Positions 10,266-24,017 are shown, counted from the whole stretch's first letter. The stretch is 61,207 nucleotides of DNA, filler included, from Diploschistes diacapsis (GCA_023645945.1; 10 parts of 10 records of this genome joined end to end with filler, not necessarily neighbours in it), one strand, 5' to 3'. Translations and numbers: made by a program. Notes: generated by a model from the letters alone, not told the origin.

Positions 10266-11310
10266 GGCTGGTAGTAGCGATCTTTCGAAACACCCAGTTT
10301 GTCAATTTGAATGCTGCTTACGGAGGCTAACGACGTATATAATACCAAGCGACATGCCGAATGTTAGATCAGGCCCATGAATTGTTGCTTTCCTCGCTAC
10401 ACAATCAAGACCATTGCTCATGGAAAGCGACCACTGAACAGGGAGTTTAAAACTACTATTAGAGCCCTTTCACAGCGAATACAGTATTGTTACTCCTTCC
10501 CTATAGCCGAGGCACAGTGCATATCTCCGAAAATCCCACAGTTTGCAGCCTTGATATACGTGTACAAGGCATTTTATAGATCAGTGCAGCATTTTCTACA
10601 TAGCTACTATCAAATTGTGCCCACGAATGAATCTCGTACAGAGCATTGAATACAGCAATAGAGAAAACAATGCCATTGGACATACCTGATAGTAAAACCA
10701 TTTGCTAGATGTTTGGAGCAAAAGACTACCTTCAAGCTTTATATACAGTAGAATAATAGTAGGCAAATGCAAGAACTTGTATCCCCACCATAGCGGCTCA
10801 CTGCTGTGAATCAATAAAAGAAACATCAACAACCACTTCCGATGCGTTTGCGGCGCCCGTGGGGCGAGCTGGCAGCTGAGGTAGTCGGCGTCGTGCTATT
10901 GTTCCCCTTCTGTACCGTCACTTGTACGACCTGTTGAAGACGATGTTCACTAGTGCGTTCAACGGCGGGTATTCGGGTATTCGTATTGCTTCTGTACATC
11001 GCCTCCGAGAGATGGTATGCTGCACCCCAGCGAAAGTCATGTGAAAGTCATGTTGGTCAAGCAGTCGCCAACGATGGTAGATATCGCGTTCCCAGTGGTT
11101 CCAGTGCTTTCCAGCATAGTTATTCTGACTGAAATTAATTTTTTTTACCCCTATTCCTAAACAGGTAGGTGAGCTCCCTTTCTACTACTAAGTAAATTTT
11201 TTATTCTTTTTTTTTTTTTCTTTCATATAAATTTTCGAGCATTTCGAAGCTTTATCGAATGCTTAATCTCGAACAATAAATATCTTGAAGTTTATTACTT
11301 AATTAATATA

Positions 11311-12060
11311 ATGTCGCAGGACCTAAAGCGCCTATTCGTCGGCGCCAACGCCGCCCTTGACGGGCCGCCAGCCCCTACGCCTTCGCCCTCCCCTTCCGCC
11401 GTCCCTTCTCGCTCCTCGACGCCGTCCTCCGGCTTCCACGCCTTCCCCGAGAATCTCGTCGCGTGACGGGAATATTTCTTCGCCGTAAACGAGGAGCTTA
11501 CGCTCTCTACCGCGCAATAGGTTGCCCTATGGCCCTTTGTCGATAACGTCTGGTCCCTCCGGGACCGCTACAAAGCGACGAAGACTTTCCGATATCGCCG
11601 GTGACGGAAGGAGCAGGCTGTCGACCTATGCGTCGTCAACCCTAACAAAAAAAAAAAAACAACCCGGGACGCGTTGGAATATGGAATGGTAATTAAGACC
11701 ATTTACATATCCAACGGCGACGTCGTTCTATCACGCACCCGTAAGTGCGCCGACGCTCACGTTGATAGCCTCGAGAAAGCCGACCGCGTTAAAGTCCCGA
11801 ATGTTTTTATGGACCTCGCGGCCCGGTAGGTCTCCCTAGGCTTCTCGGTCGCCGACATCGCCCGACAGTTCCGCGGCGTCGACGACCCCGACCTCCGTAC
11901 CGCCATCGAGGCCGCCGGCGGCAAGTGACTTTCCTGCCACGGTGTCCGCAACGCCGGCGCCGCCTACCTCAAGGCGCATCCGGACACGAAAAGGAGGAGC
12001 GCGGGGGCCGGCTAGGAGGAACAGCGGAAGGCTACGCTGCAGAAACGGGCGTTAAGGCGG
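11311..12060 (+). mobile_element. decayed Mutator-like (MULE) transposase fragment
   Basis: Broken frame ...AHVDSLEKADRVKVPNVFMDLAAR*VSLGFSVADIARQFRGVDDPDLRTAIEAAGGK*LSCHGVRNAGAAYLKAHPD, resembling fungal MULE transposase N-termini. In-frame TAG/TGA stops, a poly-A frameshift and strongly AT-rich flanks (11130-11310, 12110-12222). Confidence 0.55.
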
Positions 12061-12881
12061 CAGAAAGGGATTAAAAGAATCTACGGGGCTGCATCGCGCC
12101 CATCTACATGTTTATTAATAAAATGAAGTTATGAATAGCTTCATTTTTTAAATAATTAAAATTATATAATAAAAAAATTAAGAATACTTATAATTCTATA
12201 TAATTTATATACATTTTGAGGTNNNNNNNNNNNNNNNNNNNNNNNNNNNNNNNNNNNNNNNNNNNNTTAATTAATTAANNNNNNNNNNNNNNNNNNNNNN
12301 NNNNNNNNNNNNNNNNNNNNNNCGGCGAAGCAGTGGCGACAGCTGAACAAGCGGAAAGTAAGCTCCATGAGCTGCAGAGGAAATCAAGATCCTCGGGATC
12401 ATCCTCATTCCTCTGGCACTTGCGGAGTAGTCCAGCTGTCACATCCGAAATGGCGATGCATACTTAGTTGGACACCGATAGGCTGGAGAAGGATGAATTG
12501 CTATGCAAGCCATTGCGCCTCTGTAACTAAACGCAGCTTGATATCTAGGTTTATGTAGATTAACCTACTGTAGCGGGGAAAAATACAAAAGACTGAGGCC
12601 GCCCACCAGAACATGACCCATGAATGCTGGTATAAAGCTTGCAGAACACAAGATTCATCGCGAAATCCAGCAAGAGCGGAAAGCGTTAAAAAAATACTGT
12701 GGAGAGAGAATGGAAGCTCCGACTCGTTATACGGTAGCAACAACCCGATGTTGGAAGTGGGACCAGGTCCGTAGAGGTGTGGAAATGTGACTGGTGCCAA
12801 CTCGCTGCGCGTCTCCGCCTCGAGATCTTCCGCATTTTCTCAAGCTGCTGCCTGTGCACACCCTCTCGGGGCTCTTTCTCA

Positions 12882-14387
12882 CTAATCATCGTCTTCGTCT
12901 CGGCGTCCGGAGCCGTCTTTTCGTATAGGAATTTTTATTCCCTGCGTCGCGAAGCACTTGCTCAGCGAGGTGCTCTCGATCACACCTGGAAATTTCTTGG
13001 CGCTAAAGACGTTGAAGACGTCGGAGAAGGTGGTCGCGAGAACGGGAGCGTTTCCAGTGTTCAGCGTCGCCGGGCTGCCTGGTTGGGTATGGTTGCCAAC
13101 ATCGACGAAATTCATCTTCAGTCTGTTGAGCCTTGTTAGCAGGGGTTTGCCCTGGGTAATAATAGCTCTGCTGACGCAATGCGCAAGGCTCGCGTACCCA
13201 GTCTGTCGGGTAGGGTCGCAACCAAAAATGGGGAAACTTACCTAAAGGAGCCTTCGGTGCGCACACTTAGATCCTGTAGGATAAACCAGACGCCGAGCTT
13301 GCCATCTGGGTCCGTCAACTTGAAAGCACTGACGCACAGACTGCCGATCAAGTTCCTCGTAAACATTCCGCTTGGCGCGCTTCTCGGATCCTGCGTCTGC
13401 ATGATGCCATTCGACGGACTCAGAAGCGGGCCTTGGGCAGGAGAGTTGTAGTAGTTTGTCGGCGTAATGGGCGTTCCGCCTGCTGTGGTGTAGTATGATT
13501 GAGTCGACTCGGACCTCTGGTCGGGAGGCGGACCTCCAGCCGCCGCATAACCAGGGTGTGGCGGATAGGGCTGGGAAGCTGGAGGGTATTGCGATGCTGA
13601 AGCTGGCGGATACGAATACTGTGGAGGTTGAGGGTAACCCTGAGCAAGCCCGACGTGGACCTGTGTCATTGGGGGACCGTACGGGAAACTCGGCGGCGGT
13701 GTCGGGGGAGGGGGATAGGAGGACGAGGTCGTTGCGCTTATCGAGGGCGATGTGGCCGAATGTCGAACCAAATTGACTTCTTTGGAGCCATCGGTGGACC
13801 ACAAATCAACTGTCAAAACGTAGTAAGAGGTGTCGACCTCGCTTCAAGCTAGTAAGCTCTCTGGGTAGTACGAAGAGCGCTTTCTGGGAATGAATGGGGG
13901 CAGTCATCACGTACTTGATGTCTACTGCTTGCCCGGTACGCGCATCTACGACCACTAGGCGAATGCAAGGAGGGGGCGTTATGGGTCTTCGATCCTGCAC
14001 GCAGTTTGTCATGTTTAGCTTCTTCTTCAAACACGACAACCACGAGTTCGAGACGCTGAAATTTTCACTCACTTTGTCCCCGAAACCGCACATGCGCGCT
14101 CTAACAGGCTGTTGTTCAACCTCAAGACTGCGTTGAGTCAGCTGGGAAAAGGACGCCGAAGGGAGGGTACTAAGCCTGCCCGATGCGGTTACGTACCTGT
14201 ACTTCTTGCCCTGGTCGTCCACATGGCTGGTGGACTGTAGCAGGTCCAAAATCTGTCGAGGAGCTGCAGATATTGAAGCAGAGACAGGATTGTTGTATGC
14301 TGGATTCGCTGAATTTGGGGGGCCGCGCTCCATGGCTAGTGCAGGAGGGATGGAGTAGAAACGTTGCTCCTGAAGATGCATTGACAT
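12882..14387 (-). CDS. velB: velvet complex subunit B
   Basis: Split velvet domain: QQPVRARMCGFGDK/DRRPITPPPCIRL, Pro/Tyr-rich insert, TRNLIGSLCVSAFKL, WFILQDLSVRTEG, FSAKKFPGVIESTSLSKCFATQGIKIPIRKD. About four introns; start could be 14387 or 14333. Confidence 0.93.
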
Positions 14388-17300
14388 GGCGGGGGGGCAC
14401 GGGCAGGATAAGATTTGTTCGAGATGGGTAGGGCTTTGCTTGGGCAATGGCGGTAGGCGGAGCTAGGGAGAAGAAGCCTCTGGTGGGACACTGGGACCTC
14501 GCGGCAGCTGTTGCTGAGTGCGAGCCAAATGCTAGTAGGCACGGAGCTAGGAATTGGTGGCGGGGTTGGAAGGGGCCAAGCTGTCGAGTAACAAAAGCTA
14601 CCAAACTTTGGCCCAGGTCTTGGGACGAAAGGCACAGGGTGTTGGTTCGGCTATCTGGGAGTCGCTGTACGGGCGTCCTTTCCACTGCCTGCCCACGGCC
14701 TAGGGGGTTGTGGATGGATGGGTGGATCGCTGCGGACTCAGGCCCCAAGAAGGGCAACCGGCTGTCCAGGGAAAAGTTTGGACCAAGGATTGAAAGCCAC
14801 AGACCGTCCCACTCCCGATACGATGTCTCCGAAGCACGTTCTCGCAAGTTGCAACAAGGTCGCCGTCAGAAGCTAAAATCCTTAGCCTTCGAGTTAGCTT
14901 GGCCCTGATGTGATGATGAACGCTGTCCGCGCAGCAACTGCGTAGAGCTAGAATCTGAACTTGTATGGTCTGCGAATCTCGTCTGCTCTTTTCTTCACTA
15001 GCGTAAGAAGGAATGAGAGAGCAGAACGATCGACAGACGCTACCTATATAGCAGCAGCAGCAGCGGCAGTAGGAACAGGAGCGAGCGAGCCAAGCAGCAG
15101 CGAAGAAGGTGCCCACAATGTTGGTTCGAGATGAAAGACAAGAAGAAGGGCACTGAGGAGTACGGAGCACAGAGTAAGTAGGCTACACGGAGTATATCAA
15201 GCTCCAAGGAAACGCGGGCACATTTGAACGACGATTATCGTCGAAACTGGAATTTGCGCAGAAAAAAGGTCTGTGTGCGATTGAACCCAAGCAAGCAGCA
15301 ACCGTGGTTCCCAAAAGAGGCCGGTCACTTCGAAGAACTTTGGATTTTTCACTGACCTTCCTTTTGTACCTCTGTACCTTTCCTCAACCTCGTTCTATTC
15401 TTTCCTGTCCCGTATCTCTTGAAGATATCACACTCTCTCCTCTGTGCGTACGAGTTATTTGTCCAAGCAAGCGCTTATGGTAGCTTTCCTCCCACTTTTG
15501 CTCTCTTGTTTCGACACGTTTGTACAAACGTCGATGTGGAGCGGAGCGGAGCGTGGGGAGAATATCTCGATAAGATGCACTAGAAAGAACTGTCTGCCCT
15601 GCCCTTCACAACGTTCGGCATGAGACAGTTACACTTGCTTCACTATCGAGCCAGTGGCCGCAGGATGATTGTTGATGCGCTACTCCTTGCAGAAGAGGAA
15701 CAGGAATGCACAATTTTTGCCGCGCTTCAACCTCCCCACACTACGACTAGCATAGCATGGGCGTTGACAGACTCGTTCTATCCGATTGATGATTGACGAT
15801 GGACGATTGACGTCGATGGGCGCACTGCAGGCGGATGGAGATTTTGGGGTGAGTCTAGTGGCATGGCAGAGGTCCATGCAGCTGTCTCGGGAGCTGCTGT
15901 ACAATGATGGACTGGTATGAGCTTACTGCACTCTGAAGGTGATGTCCTCTATATCCACGCGCTAACAAGCTTGTTGCAGGCGCCATCGTATCTGCGCGAT
16001 CAATCCGAGCAACCAAACTGCCTTGTTCCCAATAGAATGGCCGATATCGCTCTCCCTCCGACAACGACTTGGACGCCTTGCTGCCCCACCATAATAAGCC
16101 TTTATGCTGCCCTCTTAAAAGTCCATTGCCGCTAAGCGTCTGCAGGCTAAACGTTGCTTCAGCATCTGCCACTGCGTCATTGGCCCATGTGTGACTGGTT
16201 GCTTAGCAGCTGCGCCCAAGTTCCAGACTGGACCTTCCATAGAGGCATCTCCAGAGAAATGCATCCACCCGTTCCCTAATGCCAGCGACCAAGACCCCGG
16301 GGTATCATTACCTCGACTACCCTACACCGATTACTTGTCTAGTATCTCGAACGCGCATCAAGCTAGAAAGTACTTGCCATTGGGCAGCTAGGGGGCGTTC
16401 TTGGCCGCCTGCCATGTTTTCTTCCAGCTTGCCGTTTGTCCGTTGGATGGCTGTTGGCAGCAGGGAGTGAAAGCTCGTTGGGTGGTTTGGTATACGTTGG
16501 GGTTTTTCACGGCTCACTTGCAGGTCTCAGATGCACTTCTTTCCACAACGCGCGAAACCAAACCATTGGAGCATCGGTTCCACGGCTAATAGTCCAGAGA
16601 GTGTCCCGAGCGAAATTGGATCTGCGAATGCATGCACGGATACGGGTACACTAGCTTTGTCTTCCGCTGGTATCAAATCCGTGCGCAAGCTTCCAACGCG
16701 AGGCATTTCAGTGAGGTGCTCAAACCGGGGATTCAGCTAGCGTTTGCCATAAGTGCAATAGGCGCATGAGACCTTGAAAACCCTCTTCGAATACTATCGC
16801 ACAATTTTGGCGAAGAAAAATAACGCCTCCAGGACCGGAGTGATGGGGAATTCCGCACACCCTGGGAAAAACCAACTTCATTCGTTCCCACCTGAGGCTG
16901 CCATATCTACCGCAATCTTGGCATAGCTTGGATGCGCCCAAAGAGGAGTCAAGACTGCTCCACGGCGCTTGATAGCCACATCCAGACCACCATACTAATC
17001 GATTTTCTGGATGTTCTCCCTTCCATCCCTGCCATCGATCTTTTGCGATCGGCGGACATAGCTCCCGACCTCCCACTGCCAATTATGCTTCGCAAGAGCT
17101 AGCAAAGATAGACTTGACTAATGAAAACTGGACCGATAATTTCGCCATTCCCTGGCGAGTGAAAGATCACCGATTTGTGCTTGATGGGTCTGCCGAGTTG
17201 ACGCTCGTGTTGCTTTCTCGTGAACCTTCAAATTTGCTATCAGCGTTGCAGCTGCTAGAAGGCCGGTTTTGGAGTGAGCCTAGAGCCTGAAGGTGCATCC

Positions 17301-18473
17301 GATGATCTCTCCAAGCGAGGTATCACAACAGATAATTACGGCTACAAGCACAGTAAACCATGATTTCTGACTGATCGGAATCTGTCAAAGCTTGTGGTGC
17401 ACGCGAAAAAGCGAAAAGGGTTCACTCGTGGCTACCAGGATTTTTGTGGTGTTGGGGAGCGCTTTGTGTGCTCCTGTGATAATGCAGGTTCGCTCCTTTT
17501 TCTTCTATGCTATTTGCTTTTTTCTTTCTATGCTATTTGCACGTTTCGATTGAGTAAGTTACTGGAAGCGACATAAGCGAAGATACCTCTCGCAAGTTTT
17601 ACCACTTCTCTCCTGAAAGATTTTTCTGTATCCAACATATTTCTCTCTTTTGTCTATCCTGCTCTGCTCTTGTGTTCTAGGCGACAATCGGGTCCAGCCG
17701 TGCAAGCCAGGAACGAGGCGAACAGCGTTCTCCTTTCTGAAGCTGCAACAAACGACCACGTAATAATGCTACTGAGCAGTGCGATCCCAGGAGCCCAAGC
17801 CAGCCACATAACGTTAAAATGCCAAGTTCTTTGAAAATATCCACAATCCTCTTTCGTCGCTCGCGAAGAACAATTCTGCAGATCGGCCCTCACCATATCG
17901 GCCATGGAAGCGGCCAGATCCTGCGGTGGGACGCGATGCAAACAGCATAATCGTTTCCTATTTATGACACGCCCAATGCGTAAACGAAATGTAGGTGGTA
18001 AGTCGGTGACAGCTTCGGTGGGTGAGCCCGAATAAGGTTTCCCAAGCCCGTGGGAGTGGAGATGTCATCTTTGGATCCCGCAAGATGGAGCCGGGATAGA
18101 CTAGATCATCACGCTTAACAAGCCTCTTACGAAGGGGGGCCGGGAAGAAACACATTACGAAGCATCCCCGTCAACCGGCTAAAAGTGGTCGATTACAAAC
18201 TGGATGCGCCTCCTTAAGCCAAGTCCAGAACAGAGACGCCCCCCTTTTTGCGCCATGTCCGAAAGCCGTCCCGGAAAGAAACGGAGTTGTGCCCTTTTTG
18301 TTTCCGTTTCTCGCGCCTCGCCGCAGTAAGTGCGAGTCCTTTGCAAGCGAGATGCTTTGGGGGGGGAAGGGGGNNNNNNNNNNNNNNNNNNNNNNNNNNN
18401 NNNNNNNNNNNNNNNNNTTAATTAATTAANNNNNNNNNNNNNNNNNNNNNNNNNNNNNNNNNNNNNNNNNNNN

Positions 18474-20134
18474 GCGCCTCTCTTTCCCCCCATCCCATCT
18501 CCACCCACGTTGATCCCCTTATTCTCCTTCCTCGCCACGGGACTCGCATCGCCACTTCCCCAGTTCGGCTCCATCCCTTTAACAACCCTACTCCGCCCTT
18601 CCCCCATCGGTCGATTATTCTCCGCCGCGCTTCTCTCCCCCAAGCCCGGCTCCTGCTCTTGCCGCTGCTCCCGCTCGTCCGCCATGCTGAAATGCGGATC
18701 GAAATCCCTCTGCCTCTCCTTCGCGCTCATCGCAGCACCGGGAACCTCCCACCCCGCCCCGTGCGCCGGGCCCGCAGATTCGTCCGGCATCTGCCAGTGC
18801 GCGTCAAAGTCCTTGGCGCGGTCCTTGGAACCGTACGCCATGCTGGACGGGCGCGGTCCCTTGGCCGTGGCACCACTGTCCGCCGCGCCGTTGCCGTCGA
18901 TGATGTTGTTCTGGAACAGGCTGGCGCCCATGCTGGCGGACCCTTGACCGCGCGGACGACCCGTGGCGCGGCGCCGGTGCTCCGAGTTGGGGCCGCCGTC
19001 GTCCTGCAGCTCGAAGTGAGTTTCGGCGTCGCGCCGGCCCTGGCTGACGGAGGGCTTGGCGCGCATCGGGGTGTTTTCGTCGTCGGCGCCGAGGGCGAAG
19101 CTGCGGGGTTCCTGCGGACGGCGCTGCGTGACCTTGGCGGGCGTGGTGAAGTCGGAGAAGTCCCAGTTCGATTGGTGCTTTGTCTTTGGCCGTGGCGCGG
19201 AGGGCTTGGGTGCGGGCTCGTCGTGGCCGTCGGAGAATTCGAAGTGGCTGTATTTCTGTGGGTGCGGGCTTATGAAGTTCTCCTTCCGTTCGTCGGGGGC
19301 GTTCTCGAAAAGCCGGTTCTCTTGGTAGTTCTTGCCTATGCCGCTCTTGGGGGCGATGATCTCGGACTTGGTGGGTGAGGGGGGGCCGCCTTGGCTTGTG
19401 GCGTCGGAGGATTCACCGCCGACGAAGAGCTCGCTAAAGTCTCGTTGAGGTTGCTTGGTGGGACCCCGCGACGCCATTGGAGGCGACTTGAAGGTTGGCG
19501 TCTTCTCGGGGTCTTCGACCGCATGTGCTCCGAATGGCTCTATGCTTCTTCCGGGCCCTTTCGCAGGGCGGCTCTCAGACGCTTTGCGGGAGGAAATTGC
19601 GTTCCCTGTAAGATCGCGACTGCTCGACTCGATAAGGCGAACTTGTTCTTTCCCATCGTGTATAGGCCAATTCTTGCCGCGGGACCCGATGACTTCTATC
19701 GACTTGAGAAGCGAGCCTTGGTCCCAGTAGATGCGGACTTGCTTGATCTTGCCTTGCGAGTCAAAGTGGACCACATGGAGCTGTAAGATGTTAGCGAGGC
19801 CGCGACACTCTTATAGTCAACTTACGGTTGGAAAGGTGACAATGCGATCAGCGAGGAAGTTGTCGTCTAAATCGGGCAAATATGTGTCGCCGCCGGTGAT
19901 GAACTCTATGGTAGTCTCAAACTCCAGGAACACTGCGCTCTGGTTCTCCACTGCATTCAGGACCTTTTCGGACTGCTTGCGTAACACCTTATGCTGGTTA
20001 CCGAAGTGCTTGATGATTTTTGTGCTGTCGTTGAACGAGGTAAGCGTTGTGACATAGCTAAGCATGGCATCAGAGGCCAGTGCCTCCGGATTGGGAGCGG
20101 CCAAGAACTGCTGATAGACTGCAGATAGCGACAT
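18474..20134 (-). CDS. NTF2/SnoaL-like domain protein with disordered repetitive C-terminus, 3'-truncated
   Basis: Exon 1 MSLSAVYQQFLAAP...YLPDLDDNFLADRIVTFP; exon 2 HVVHFDSQGKIKQVRIYWDQGSLLKSIEVIGSRGKNWPI; intron ~19782-19825; runs into the gap. Confidence 0.8.
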
Positions 20135-20488
20135 TTCAAATTGAGGGGTTGAAGCTGTTCACAAGTAGGTCTGCAGCATCAATGCTTTGGAGGAGATGTT
20201 GAAGTATGCATCCAATAGTGGCTGGCGTACTGCTAGTGTTTGGTTTTGTTTACTCATGAAGCGCGGAGATCTGAGGACGTTTCAACTCGCGTGCGTTGCC
20301 CCGCAATTGCCGAGGTGTGGCGCCTTATGAGGTGTGTGTTCACAACTCTTGCATTAACTTTATGCACACTTCATGATCTAGTTGCAAGATGCAGTGTAAT
20401 GAGAATACACATAGACATCTTTGGCAATAAGCTACAGACCCCATCTCAAAAATATATACACACGAAGCTCCCAAACCTCTTACTTACC

Positions 20489-21060
20489 CTACAGGCACTG
20501 CGAATATTAAGGAACAATTGCGCGCTTGAATTTAGGCTGCACCTTGTCTGCATGCTCTTTCTTTAGTCAATTTAAGGGGCAAGGCTCTCATCGCTTATCG
20601 CACACGTCGTGCATCCCATATAGACATTCCTTCCAGAATGCCCGCATTACGCGACCGTGCACCCCGAGCTTCCGCCCAAGCCACCAGTCGATACAGAAGT
20701 TGGCCCCGCTGTCGTCGTCTTGAGCTTCGTAGCACCATCTGATCCCATGCAGAGACTACCGACAGACTTGCTACTACCGCCACTGTATAGAGTCAGGCCG
20801 GGATTGACATATGTAGACATGGATCACAAATGTCGACGAGGATGCCCGGGTCCGTAGCCACGTAAGCGCCCAGAAACTGGACAAGAGCCGGCAAAGCAGA
20901 GCCGCCAGCGGAAGAGGAGAGCCGGTAGCGTGACATGTAGTATTGGTTTGGCTCTGCATGTGTGGTCCACGCCATTGATTCACAGGGCCTGGGAGGTAGC
21001 ATGGGTAGCAATTTCTTGGATAGCAAAGGCCACCACAAGGGCAAGGAGTGTTAGCTTCAT
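20489..21060 (-). pseudogene. AA9 lytic polysaccharide monooxygenase-CBM1 pseudogene, internally deleted
   Basis: Signal peptide MKLTLLALVVAFAIQEIAT followed by H-ATSQAL*INGVD. C-terminal AA9 motifs QYYMS...GGSALPALVQFLGAYVATDPGILVDI and (frameshifted) TYVNPG, a Thr/Gly linker, then CBM1 remnants CTVA*CGHSGRNVYMGCTTC and P*YSQCL*. Confidence 0.8.
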
Positions 21061-22104
21061 GAAAATCCAAAGTAAAAGATGCTGAAGAAAACGGACACCA
21101 GACAAGCAAAACACAGCGGGCGAGCGAAGCAAAAGAAGCATGCAGAGGCAGGATAGCAGGTGGGCAATACAAAGAGATATATCGACACTGCCTTCCAAGA
21201 GAAGCGTAGAAACCACCACCGGAATTTCACTCCCATCCTTAATCTCTATCTCATATTGCGAACCACAAACCTTTCTCTAGTCCAAGCAGGCTTCTCAGAT
21301 TGCATGCAACACTGGCCCAAGCACAGCCGACAGAAGGCTCATATTTCCCGCACGAACGGATCGTACTAGAAAAAGAACCACAGAGCCAACACCCACCCGA
21401 TATCTCAACACGACAATAGTCAGAAAATCTAATATAGAGAGAGTAATATGCAACAACCTAGGCACAAGGAATCTCCACCAGTCGACTCAGGAGCACCATC
21501 TGCTCCGCACGCCCTCGAAATATAATGTAGTATTTTGGGGAAAAAAACTTGAGAAAATGCATATCCAAATTTGTATGGGATCATGAAGAGTCTCCAGGAC
21601 CATTGGAAATTGCGCCTATCCAAGCCCATTACCCGCTTAACAAGCGACCGTGTAGCAACCGGGCCAATTAGGGACCTTAAACCCTGGCACTTTTTACCGC
21701 ATATTGCTTCGACATCTACGCAAAGTGGCAAATATATTCTCTCTCCCTTTCCTTCAGCAATCGGGCAGTTCCGATACTTCTGGAAAGGCTGTTCCTGGTC
21801 CTCTGGCTGCATAGAATTAGACTTTGTTTGTATATCGAGCACAAGTAGTGCATAGTAGGAGCGGGGTCCGTGCAGCAAGACAGAGATTCATAGCAGATGG
21901 GAAGATATCGGACTGAGCTGTCAAGAGTGGAGTTAACCTCACCTAATCTAACCTAGATAGGGAGACCCCGTGTAGGAATATGTAAATTCCTTCAGCCTCA
22001 CCTTGATTCTTAACAAAGTGGCAAACCCATTCCACGGCCTCAAGTACCGACAACCCCCCAAACTACCTCTTCAAGTCTCCAACCCATCCATCATCAGACC
22101 CCAG

Positions 22105-24017
22105 CTAGTCCCTCCTCACCCACCTCAGCACCACATCTCTTGGCCTATTCATCTGCAGCGCAATCAACGGCACACTATCCTCCAACACGCCACCCAACCT
22201 CACCCTCGCCTCCTCCAGCGTCTTGCACTCTCCCACCACCGGCTCCACCCTCGCCCTTGCAAACAGACTCGCAAAAACGGACACAAACTCCACCTGGCTC
22301 ATCTTCATCCCCGGGCAGTACCGCGGCCCCGTCGACCACGGCATGAAGGTGCCCTTGGCTGGCTCAATCAGCGTCTCGACCACCTCGCTCGTCCCATCTT
22401 GTCGCTGGACCGTCTGCGCCTTGAGCCAGCGCGAGGGCCGGAAGGCCACGGGGTCGGGGGCCCAGCGCGTGGGGTCGACGTGGATCATGGACATGGAGAC
22501 AAACATGTCGGTGTGGGCGGGGATGGTGTGTTGCGTGCCCTTGCTGGAGGTCAGGGTTAGGGGGTGGAAGGGTTCGCGGGCGAGATGTACGACGGGAGTG
22601 TAGAGGCGGAGGGTTTCGAACTGTGTAACGAGGGGTAAAAGCGAAGGTTAGCGGGCGCTGGAACGACGGAGATGGGGGAATGCAAGGGATGTTGGAATAT
22701 GGCTTACCATTAGCGCGAGAACGCGCTTCAGATGCGGGAATGTCTTGTCGTACGCAGGCTGCTCGGTCGTGTTGGGCATGACATGGTCGATCTCCTCGAT
22801 GATCCAGTCCTGCCATTGGGGATACATGGCTAGATTGGTGAGTGCGTACGTCATCGTATTCGCCGTCGTGTCAAAGCCAGCCAAGGTAAAGATGAAGAGG
22901 TTCCCTAGAATCTCCTCCTCGGAGAGATACAGTCTTGACTTGGCCGCTGGCTTGGTATTCGCTTTCTTTTCCTGATCACTCAGCCTCACAATAACGCTCA
23001 TCATGTTGTTCTTCGATGGATCTGCCGTAATCCGCTCGTGAGCGACCATGCTTCTCGTGTGACGGGGATACTCTTCTACCGCAGTGCCGATGCTACGCAC
23101 CTTGGACGGGAATACGGGAAGGTGGAGCAGCCAGGGCGGCACGAAGGCTGCGGCGGCCATGTTGTTGATGATGGCGAAAAGGCTTTCCGTGTAGCTCAGC
23201 TTGTACCCTGTGGGTGCCTTGTTCTCCCTCTCGCCCCATTCTTGGGGCTTCCCGTAGCCGACGGCATTCAGGACGTTGATAGCGATGCGACGGAGACCCT
23301 CGATGGACTCGTTGGTAGTGCCGGAACGCACCTGGATCTTTGCACTACCATTTGCATGACCGTTTGCTGGGTTGGCTGTGTACGAGTCCAACATGTCGAA
23401 CGCTTGTTTGATACCTTCCTGCCAGACGGATTTACTGATACCCTCGTTGATAATGGGCGCGATGATTCTTCGCTGGCGCTGCCAGCTTTCGCCTTGTGCC
23501 TAAGCGGTCAACATCATGTATGAGTGCTTCATTCGGAAAACTCACAGTCAGGACACTCGTCCCAAACAGATCCATGAACTCTGTTCCTAATCAGCCATGT
23601 CCCTGTGCTCCATACAGCCCATTCTATCTCACTCTTGCTGATGGTCGAAAGCGGCACATCTTTGTTATTCGCCACGGCCTTTGCAATCTCCAGGTCCGTA
23701 GTCCAGAACTCCATTGCCCCGGGCCCGACCAGAACATAGCTGGGCCCAAACCTTTCTAGCGTCATATTCCGGACGCGGTGCTCGAAGCCTATGGTTGAAA
23801 GCTCGATGCGGACGAAGATGCTGGTGGGTAGAAAACGCTTGAAGAACGGCTGCAACGGCACCGAGAAGATCATCCAGGGAACACTGTGCGGATTGACCGG
23901 CGTGATGACGATGGGGAAGCCCATCTTCCGCGCTTGCAGATACGTTGATACAAGAGACCCGATATACCAGGTCAAACCGACGGCCGCGAAGGCGGCGATT
24001 ATCTGGAGTAGCTGCAT
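22105..24017 (-). CDS. cytochrome P450 monooxygenase
   Basis: N-terminal anchor MQLLQIIAAFAAVGL, I-helix FTLAGFDTTA, ETLRLY, PVAFRPSRW, heme motif FMPWSTGPRYCPG; about three introns. Confidence 0.93.

Noticed and set aside
14450..18373. Short ORFs upstream of velB
   Set aside because: No recognisable motifs or consistent exon structure; likely promoter and 5' leader.
21429..21878. 149-aa ORF between the LPMO pseudogene and the P450
   Set aside because: No recognisable domain and a non-ATG start; cannot be supported.
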